Of a stretch of 64,000 bases of DNA, positions 35,897-45,200 are shown piece after piece. The notes under the pieces are model-generated. The model had not been told where the DNA came from, made no database searches, and saw only the letters and a program-made list of their open reading frames with translations. Source of the stretch: Botryllus schlosseri (lineage: Eukaryota); the NCBI GenBank assembly GCA_051294905.1, contig CM119374.1:19592001-19656000 (forward strand), written 5' to 3'. The position numbers and the translations under genes are program-made. Numbering within the stretch: the stretch's first letter is position 1; each line of letters starts with the position of its first letter.

Positions 35897-37518
35897 TAAT
35901 CATCATATACATTCAGCAACCACGACGCGGATTTGTTACACGTAGGAAGAACCATATACCTACGGTACTCCAATCGCCTATAGCATCATCGATACTCTTT
36001 TGGTTATACATCGACCCCATATTAACGCCATACCATTACCAAAGTCTATATATTAGATACTCCTACAACCTCTAAATTATTATTGTTATTCACACATAAA
36101 GAAACTTGCTTCGCCAAATTCGTACGGTGCGCATTATTTAAACCTGTTGGAAGTACCAAGGTGCTTTATGTGCCCACAATTCAACCCTGCCGAGGCCTAA
36201 TGTGACCCGAAAGGGCCAATCTTTCTCGGAGTTCGCGGATTAGACATCTTCATGTTGCCGAGTGTACATGAAAAACTATTTCGGAGAAAATTTGCCAATC
36301 GAAGTAGGATTTAACAAAATAGAAGTAGGATAATAAAACCAAGCTTAAGCTTTCAATTATACGATGGATGTACTGTATTATTTTCTAATCAGCTTTGATA
36401 AATCGCTGAACTCCGTCATTACATTTTGCATTACATTAGCAACAACGAAAATAATGTCAGAAACGAAGTGAGGATTTGATGAAGTGCAGAATCAGATTGA
36501 GGATTGCACGCCTGAAACCTTGTAATAATTGGAGCGAAAGCGCAATTTCGACTAAAATATCAACAATAAGTACGTGAATAAAATTTTTAAAATGCTTCAT
36601 TTACTAAAAAATAATGGCAATTTCCTAAATATAAATGAAGGTGATTTTGACCACGACTGTTTATCAAGCTCATCAGATGCATAACATAATAACATGCTAT
36701 TAGAAAAAAGCTTTTCGGATCGGAGAAGCATGTCGATTGCAAAAAGGAAGGCCACACTTGAGAAATAATATACATATGATCATGTCCAACAAATGAGCTA
36801 CCAGGATTGTTGCGAATAAATCACGCCGTCAGAAATTCATCCAATGTAAAATAAAGCATGACCTATGGGCACGACGATTCGAGATTCATTTGCAATGCAT
36901 CGAGTATAGTGTGGTAAGAGTTTATGTTCTCGAGTAACTAAAATATACGCCCTCCTCACGAAGAGTTATTTTATCAACTGAAAGCCCCGCTTTATACCAT
37001 ATCTCAACATCGAAATCATGTTGCATAAGGCTACGAATTAGAGTCCATAACGAAATATTCGTGAACTCATGGGACAGAGGAAATCATTTTGCTTTGAGTT
37101 CAACTGGCAAAATGTTCTGTGGACACAAAAAAAGGATTAAAATGTAAGTTTTCTAAGTGATTATGCCGGTTGTGGCGTCATAACATGTGGTGCTGGAATA
37201 GTCGAAGCGACTCGAAGCTTAATACTCGACTTGGAGTCGAATCAACCAGGAACTCGATTTCGTCCAGCCTTGGTTTATTCTGAGTACTGAATGAGGAGAT
37301 GGCAATGTTTGATGATGCAAACGGAGGTCGAGGAACCTTTTTCAGGGTACTCATACGTTGTCCCGTGCACAAGCAAATAGTGATGTATCGTATCCATGTG
37401 TCAGCAGTTCATCACTTTATGGTACGGTGATTACAGAATGTAATCGAACCGCATATATCGGGTCACCATAATGTAGTTATACGTACATGGTACGGTATAC
37501 ATGCTAATTCCATTATGT

Positions 37519-37905
37519 CAGTGGTTCCCAACGTGGGCGATATCGCCCCCCAGGGGGCGATTTGGCGGTCTAGGGGGCAAAAATGACGAAGAGGGCGACA
37601 GGGGGGCGAAAATGGACAAAGGGGGCGACGGGGGCGAAAATAGCGAAGGGGGCGATAGGGGGGCGATGACGCGTCTAAACGGCTGACCTTTTTGTTTAGT
37701 CAACCCACGCAAAATTTAGTTACAAAAGTGTGAAAAGGTGTGTCAAATCAGACTTCGAGCCGAAAATTTGACCTTTTTTTTTTTAGTCAACCCGCCGGTG
37801 ATTGCAATTTGTATGCCCAATTTTCGGTACACAAAATTTGGGGGGCGATGATCGGTGTTGACCTTGAAAAGGGGGCGATGGGTCGAAAAAGGTTGGGAAC
37901 CACTG
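37519..37905. mobile_element. Charlie/Buster-type hAT MITE (CAGTGGTTCCCAAC TIR)
   Basis: TIR cagtggttcccaac / gttgggaaccactg; perfect TSD CATTATGT (37511-37518, 37906-37913); many GGGGGCGA motifs. Confidence 0.92.
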
Positions 37906-38692
37906 CATTATGTGATTGTCGTTAAAATATGATCTGCTATTATGAGCTCACGGCGGTCCGCAGCCCTATCCAGTGGATACATGTGTGATGTGTTGTGACT
38001 TGCGAGTGTTCGAAACAGACTATTCGACAGAACTGCTCAATTGATAATCGCTACTGGAGGACGTTGGAGCATGTGGACGATATTTAAGAATGAATAACCT
38101 GCGAGGCCATAAAATGTTTTCGCATGTGAATTGGTACGTGACTTCGATGGTTTAGGCTGGACTATGTTGTATGAATGTTGTACTTTTTCTACCGGGAACG
38201 GGAACTACAATACCTACCCAATCGTAGGCCCCGACTGCACCGTGCACACAGCATACAGTACAGTGCACGGGGTAGGATATAGGGGCTGTATATGGGTCTG
38301 GTGTGGCGTGACTGTGAATTTCGACACCGGGGCTCACGTTAGGGTTTGGAGTAGGCCTATGTGTCGCGCAATCTGCATGGAAGGTTGGCAGGGCAGTATA
38401 CGCTCGAGGGTCAATTGTGTGTTGATGACATAGTTCGTGTTTGCATGTGTGGACATGGGTGGGTTCGTTGTGGTCCACGTTGGTCACAGTGCACTTACGA
38501 TCGTACTCCTAAACACAGCGGGAAAAGTAACTATTCAGGGCGCAACATATATTGTTGGACTCAGTGGGGCGTTGATAAACTCGATATACGTCGAGATACG
38601 GTGTTATCAAATATTCAAGATTTGCTGCCATTTTGATATAGCCGATATGCCGATTTTACTACGAATGGACAATGGACATGACATCTGGAACT

Positions 38693-38858
38693 TTAGGACT
38701 TCCGGTCATTGTCAGAAGGGTGATTAGCTGACGCCGTCTGTGGTGGATCACTTCTGCATTTGACTTTGACTCGTATTGACTGCATTTGAAGGATGGTTCG
38801 TCGTAGCTCATCACAAGTCTTGGCTAGAATGGTTGATTGCTTCAATTTTTCTGCTTCC
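38693..38858 (-). CDS. Candidate terminal exon of the long isoform of the secreted precursor
   Basis: Acceptor atatttatgttacag| at 38859. Phase-2 entry gives (R)EAEKLKQSTILAKTCDELRRTILQMQSIRVKVKCRSDPPQTASANHPSDNDRKS*; the other two frames close early. Confidence 0.5.
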
Positions 38859-38967
38859 CTGTAACATAAATATGTTTCAATTCTTATCTGAACCTACTTC
38901 ATGAAATTGCGACATCAAATGTCGTCAAATTTGGCTGTGTGCCTTTTACATATAGGCCTATCTAGAA

Positions 38968-39178
38968 CAATGGTTACCAACGTGGGCGAAATCGTCCCCC
39001 GGTGGGCGATTTCGAGAAACAACGGTTCAAAATACCGAAGGGGCGCGACATGGGGGGCGAAAATATTAGAATGTCCAGTGAGATGGATTTAATTACAACA
39101 CGCAAAAATGCAGGTGAAGACGGCTTATTTTCGAGCTTGATAAGGAGGCGATACGTCGACAAAGGTTGAGAACCACTG
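38968..39178. mobile_element. Short Charlie-type hAT MITE related to 37519-37905
   Basis: Ends caatggttaccaac / gttgagaaccactg; perfect TSD ATCTAGAA (38960-38967, 39179-39186). Confidence 0.88.
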
Positions 39179-39434
39179 ATCTAGAAGAATGTATCAGCCA
39201 ACTGGACACTTGAAAGTCGCAATTGCTTAGTAGTTTAGCAATCGTAATATGGTTATCTGCAATTATATAGCTATTTCGACTAGCTATTTGCCTGGAATTT
39301 TCGCTCTGGCATGCGCTGCAATCCAATTAAATGTAGCAGTCTGAAAATCAACCGATAGTCGATATGGATTCGGACACTTGTGTACCCAGCCCTGTAGTTC
39401 ACCGTATCTGGGAATAACAGGATAGGCATGTAAG

Positions 39435-39713
39435 TGTTGTTGTTGTTGTTGTTGCTCGTGGTATTTATGGTGTTTGTCGACTACTATGGTCATTTAAACC
39501 AGGCCAATTGTGATCATTTTTATTCCGTAGAAGCCTAATTCTAGCACGGCCCGCTTCTAGGCTTTTATAAGACACCGCTTACGCGGTTGTGCTGGCGAGG
39601 AGAAGCCTAGATAAACCTCCAACACTAAAGTGGGAACTCGGGAGTCAACCTCATTCGGACGCGAACCCTCAATGGTGTTGCAGCTGTGGATTATACCACT
39701 ACGCTATCTCGCC
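39435..39713 (-). mobile_element. Full-length tRNA-derived SINE (family 2)
   Basis: On the - strand: head GGCGAGATAGCGTAGTGG (A box), GGTTCGCGTCC (B box), (CAA)n tail; homologous pieces at 14841-14948 and 60439-60541. Confidence 0.82.
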
Positions 39714-39784
39714 ACGCCTTGTACGTGTGTAGCTGACAAGCCGGTCAGCGGTACAAACTAATATGTTTGTCTGCATCCATTCAC

Positions 39785-39933
39785 CTGGCGAGGTGTTGAA
39801 GTCTGGTGCGGTCAGGTTCATGCGGCGCCACGCGAACGCGAATATTGCCTCTTGCGTTGTGATCATTAATGCGTGACAACAGATCGAGTGCGATGTCTCT
39901 TCGGCTTGGAATGTCTTCGGGCGAAGGGTAAAT
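39785..39933 (-). CDS. Candidate internal exon of the long isoform of the secreted precursor
   Basis: Branch-like CTAAT and acceptor ctccccttgcag| at 39934; donor CCAG|gtgaat at 39785/39784. Phase 0 to phase 2, encoding IYPSPEDIPSRRDIALDLLSRINDHNARGNIRVRVAPHEPDRTRLQHLA(R). Confidence 0.5.
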
Positions 39934-41667
39934 CTGCAAGGGGAGTATTTAACCCATTAGCTTGATTAAGATTTTGATGTATCTCTAAAATGAAGTCGCG
40001 CCGCATCCGCTTCGTGTTGTCGCGTAAGAATACAATGTCGATCTCGCTCCGCGAGTCACTACTGATTGTCGAGCGCGAGATCCTTCTCGCAAACAAGCCA
40101 CAGTTGAGCGCGCGATCACCTTATCGACGGTCAGGTTCCTAAGTTTTGATTGGATAATTTATCACCATATGGACACAATTTTGATTCGTGTCTCTTTAAA
40201 GCTGCGTTGATAGAGTTGATATAACCCTTCCTTCTGTAACTTATATCACAAGCCTGTACCTCACGTAGTAGGAGGAAAATTATTTCAGCATTTTATAGTT
40301 GCAATGTTGCCCTTTGCGGACTACTACAATGGACGAACTTTGGAAATCAGTATGTAAGTTACTGAGATAATATGGGATCCTAGTTGCATCTTCACTATCC
40401 AACTGACCGCGAAGTTATTGAGCCGAGTGGAAGCCAACGCCACCCTACCTTATACTTTCAACCATTTGACGAATTCCGTGTTATATATGCATGCTATGTT
40501 CATTGCTCATTGTTAAACATAACGGGGCAGGCCGTGTGCGAAATCTAAAGTCGATGTAGAAGAACACTTGTGTGATCAACTTTGATATTCGATTAGGCAT
40601 CACTAAACGGGGGCAAGTTTTATGACTAACTATATCAAGTCAGTGTATGGTGGATATTGCTTAATCTCTGAATAAGAGAGATGCCGCTTCTCTTGTCTCG
40701 AGATTTTTCCGCCGCCTTACATCATGCCTCAAAATACCGCTATATTTCAACGAGCTATTCGGTACGTCGACGTAATTACTCTCTGTTTGCAAACAGAAGA
40801 GATCAGTCGCCTCACAACTACTGCATGTTTCCTTTTGTTTTAAAATAGCTATCTTATTCGCCGGCTATTTTGACGGCTCGTAACGCGCGTCTCCTGTGCA
40901 CAACGGAATTCACGACGTATCGCCAAGACAAGATTTTGCGTGTAATAAAATATTATATTGAAAAGGAATAAATATGTAGAAACAAGAAAAATAAATAGTA
41001 AAATGGCGTAATTGCATATAGAAATTTGATGAATCACAGTGGCATGGCTCATATCACGAAAGCAAAAACGTTCATTCAGAGACTGTAAATCCAATGCCAC
41101 TTTACGGAGCCCGTTATTCGCAGAGGCTGAAGCCCGCAGTTTCAAATTCCTCGACAAAGGTACTTTGAATCGATTGACATTATATTTCAGCCCTCACACG
41201 TTACTGATTTCTTCAGATTTTATCAATAACTCTCCTTGCCTGCGTCACAGTGTTGTAACAGGCTTCCGCTAAGGGGCAAGTGGATAGGTAGCGTTCACAG
41301 TCACAGAAGCACGAGTCGCAATTCTGGTTTGACGCTCGAAGTCCCCAAATATTTGAGCGGTTGAAGTCGATTTTCGAGTGAAGCACAGGTCATAGCATTA
41401 CACTGCACACGTTGATAACGCTTGTCACGGCGTTTTTATGTGTAGAAACGGATATCCGATTGTAGATGTTCAGGCAAACATATATATATCCACTGAACTA
41501 TGCAGTTCATGAGCTTTTGTAGTCCTTGGAGCATGGTGATCGCTTGGGATGAAAACTAATCCTTTGCGTAGCATTTGTGCTCCGAGCCTTTCTCTCTCTT
41601 CCTCCCTATAACCTCACAACTCATGTCCATGCCCTTGTTCGGCTATGTCCGCGGCAGAATGTTTGCT

Positions 41668-41718
41668 TCAACCGATGCGAGTCTTCAGCTTGAAGAGTCT
41701 GATAATTTTCCGCAAATC
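41668..41718 (-). CDS. Exon 3a (terminal, short isoform) of the secreted peptide precursor
   Basis: Acceptor ctgacctaatttcgcgcag| at 41719, phase 0; DLRKIIRLFKLKTRIG-TGA. Confidence 0.6.
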   Translation of the reverse strand, partial: DLRKIIRLFKLKTRIG

Positions 41719-41849
41719 CTGCGCGAAATTAGGTCAGTTATATAGGGCACAAATTTTCGATTTTCCGTACTCTATCGTGTTGCTGAACTCCGACTGTGGC
41801 ATACGGGCTATTGGTGTATGTAATGCGCATAAATATCACAAATATTCAC

Positions 41850-41973
41850 CTTCATTGATATGCTGCGGCTGCCGCTGGTTCTGGCGAGGAGGGTCTGGAG
41901 CAATCTGTATCTATGCGTTTCTCTGATGCCGCTCGACAATCTTGCATTCATGATGATATCCACATTTCGTCTG
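41850..41973 (-). CDS. Exon 2 of the secreted peptide precursor (PTH-family-like mature peptide)
   Basis: Acceptor atctctctttacag| after a 65-nt intron; (S)RRNVDIIMNARLSSGIRETHRYRLLQTLLARTSGSRSISMK; donor AAG|gtgaat. Confidence 0.8.
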
Positions 41974-42038
41974 CTGTAAAGAGAGATTTATAGTTTTAGT
42001 CTATATTCCGCATTCAACTCAAGTTACGCTTGTCTTAC

Positions 42039-42142
42039 CTGTGGTGCTTGGTGACTTTTCGAGTTAGGCTGTCTCTGACCGGCACAGCAAGTGTGCAAAT
42101 CGCCAATGCGATGATTGTGAAAAGAGTGATGTAAAGCTTCAT
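42039..42142 (-). CDS. Exon 1 of the secreted peptide precursor (signal peptide and propeptide)
   Basis: aaacgaaaATG context; MKLYITLFTIIALAICTLA-VPVRDSLTRKVTKHH; strong phase-2 donor CAG|gtaaga at 42039/42038. Confidence 0.85.
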
Positions 42143-42219
42143 TTTCGTTTTATATTCAGTTCGTCGACGTAACAAGGTCCTTCGCAGTCGTATTATCGAT
42201 CTCTGCTGTTGCTTGTCTT

Positions 42220-42255
42220 ATTTGACGGGAGGTGACCACGGCAGGTGTTTATATA
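42220..42255 (-). promoter_or_regulatory. Core promoter: TATA box and initiator-like site
   Basis: TATATAAA at 42255-42248 on the - strand; GTCA(+1)AAT with A at 42223, 32 nt after the first T of the TATA box and 81 nt before the ATG. Confidence 0.6.
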
Positions 42256-45200
42256 CCCGATTTTACCGGGATTTTTTCTCTCGGTGCCGCTTATTTCAAA
42301 AGATTACGTCTGGTAGAGAAGCGATGGAAACGTTTATGCGAAAAAAGAGAGACGCGAGACATCACAAGCTGATGCTTGTTGACGCTGATGCGCCTTACGG
42401 TATATTGTTATGACCGAAAGATACTAGTTTTTACACTACTCTTGGATGTAACAAACCATGCTAAATAATAATATTTGAAAAAAGAATTCTCGGCAATCCG
42501 ACGAACTGCCAAGATGGATAGAGCAGCTCACAATTTATACATAAAATACACTGTCGAAACATTTGCTTCCTACACATTCAACAGATTTGATGGACTGCAT
42601 CGTGGTAAATTGCAATACCGAGCCTGGACGGAACGCATCGCAAAATATTGAGATATCACGAGCTGACGTTTCGTGCCGTAACACGGAGGCACGGATATAA
42701 CGTACGCCGAGTACGATGCTATCTTGTGCCGGCGTGTGTACCGCAAGAGTGCCGGCGTGTAATCTTGGACCGTGTGAAAGTAAGCAATGTCGAGAGTGTA
42801 TAGCTTTCGGCCTCGCTTTGCCATTATCAGTCACATTCTACATGGCAAACTGATTGTACTCACGGTATATTGTCAACATACTCTTACTGCTCATAGACTA
42901 GATACCTCCTTCGTCAAATATTGAATGTTTTGTGGACTTTTAATTCCAGATCAGAAGTATCCAAATTGAATTTTACGATGGCCGGGTCCCTCGCGGAGCT
43001 ATTTACGATGATGTTTAAAAAGGATTAGACATAATAATATACACAGCAGCGCTTAAAGATGTAGCATTAAATCAAAGTAAGTAGCATAGACCTGTAAATT
43101 ACAATAACAATTAGACACATAGTTAAGTAGCGTAGTAATATCAATTGATGTAATATCATCAACTTGAAACAGGGAACTATAAGCCACAACCTATTGTTGT
43201 AATCAGCATGGTATCCGTCAAGTAACTTTAACAGAAACAAGACTTTACTCGTGAACACTGGAAAAAATTCATCTATTCACGCTGTCCAGCTGAAGACCAA
43301 GTATAGCGTGTGATGGCAGAGCTTCCCAGCCAGTGGGTCACTGGTAGGGGGCGAAGGTATTTCAGTTGGGTCACAAAGCATTTCTAAATGTTACAGTTTT
43401 CTATTCGATATGTCATTGAGTTTGTCACCAAATTTCTCCCATTCTCTCACCACTACGAGACCGGCTTCTAAACTGTAGCTGTAACTAAATCCAAAGCTCG
43501 GAACAATATGAAAACGGTTACTCCTAATGCTCCGTTGCGTGTGATATTGTCAATAAGCCTTAAACTTGATATAATAATGTCTAATATGCAAGCTCAACTT
43601 TCATGTTTATACAATTCTTTTCTCATTAATTTGTTTTTCTTTGGTTTGGTTATAAAACTTGCATTAAAATAGGGTAGCGAACCGAAAAAGATTGGGAATT
43701 TTGGCGTATTAGATATTTTCTGTAATTTGACAGAACGAAGTTTCCTTGGTTCACTTGGGATCCATTCGCATATTACTGTATACTGCAACGGGGCCTACAA
43801 CCCCGACCCGACATTAACTAAATGCTAAGGTAAATTGGAGACGCCCATGATCAACTTGTGATCAATAGCTATTATTCGACTGGTCTAATCATACCTGGCG
43901 GGGTGCATTTTATATCCATTATATTACGCAATTTTATGATCCAGTCGGGTATGTAGAACTAGAAACCTGCAGTGGGATAACATTTAAAAAGGTGTTATAC
44001 TCGGAACATCGTAGTATGGTCTTGTGCGTTCCGAATTAGACCTGCAAGCGTTACTATACGGTTTACAGCTCACGTACAATATGCAGAGTGTCGAAACAAG
44101 GACTGACATGATATGTAGTCATTCAAAATAATCCAAGCTAACCCTAACACAAGCTAAGATGACCCCTAACTTCAACCAAAGCTAACCCAGACCTTACTTC
44201 GCTCGTTTGAATAACTCGATATTATGTCACTTGCTATTTTTGGTACCCCCGCCATTATGACAGTCGTTGTTTTGTCGGGATGCCACGGCTTACATAGGTT
44301 CATAATAAGGACTGGGAAATGGGCACAATATGTATTCTGGTATTAATAATCGAACTTTAGAATTCTTCCGAGTACTGCAATTTATTTCATCATCATCGAT
44401 ACTTATCGTACAGGAGATGGTGAAGAACTTAATCACTGTGTGAGACTACTCGCCGACGAAATCTTTCACTCAGTCGGTGCCTGGCTCGCAACTCGATCAA
44501 TGTACAGTACATGTACAAATTTAGTATGGATGAGTCGCCCTAGAGGCTTATTTTCCTTCATGGACAAGTCGAAAGACTCGGCTGTAAGGGTTTTCATATG
44601 CCTGATGTCATCAATGGGTATTACTCGAATAGCAGACGTGAATCGAATGCTCTCGGCTCGACTTAGTTGGAGGGACTACAATTTCATCACCCCCGTCTGT
44701 CATGACATTAGTCCATGCTACTACTAGGCAGATTTAGGAACTTTCGAAAATTTGTTTCATTGCAAATTATTATTTATTACTTAACTTTTGTTTTCATATT
44801 TAGAGAAAGTCGAGCAATATGGTATTAGAGCACTCCGATTCGACTAGCCAAATATGCTATCAGTGTATCAGAATATGCTATATTCTATCAGTGTCATGCT
44901 GTGCTGAGAAAGTTGTCCGACCTGTTGTTGCGTGACTTATTCTGTGCACTGAGCCTTTCCGATTACCGGCGTGGTTGCGTTGCTTTTTTCGGCGTTTTCG
45001 CCGTTACGCTGTGACACCCACTAACTTTCTTCGCTGGACGTTCTCAACACGTCATGATACAAATACCCGCATGCATTGTCTGGCTATTTCCTCTCCAGTA
45101 ATCGGAGCTGACTACAGGACGTCGTACTCGGATCCTGCTGCGGATATAACTGCAGTAATTCCAACAATGATTTCACTTCCACCTACTTTACCCTCTGTTT

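Noticed and set aside
38361-38636. Cys pattern CMCGHGWVRC resembling VWC/FN1 domains
   Set aside because: Lacks the conserved Trp and other Cys residues; TG-rich sequence with no splice support.
38800-39860. bHLH-like spacing in the joined exons (HNA...EKLKQSTILAKTCD versus MAX HNA...EKASRAQILDKATE)
   Set aside because: The basic-region E and RR are missing and two prolines fall in what would be helix 1. Treated as coincidence unless an HMM search (PF00010) says otherwise.
39866-40121. Unspliced - strand ORF (FARRISRS...RRDFILEIHQ...RRHSKPKRH) with vague hormone-like words
   Set aside because: No ATG or good acceptor, and it overlaps the better-supported exon in another frame.
44414-44727. 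Possible + strand exon GDGEELNHCVRLLADEIFHSVGAWLA...
   Set aside because: No partner exons found, no recognisable family, and the region contains TCGA-rich MITE-like relic motifs.
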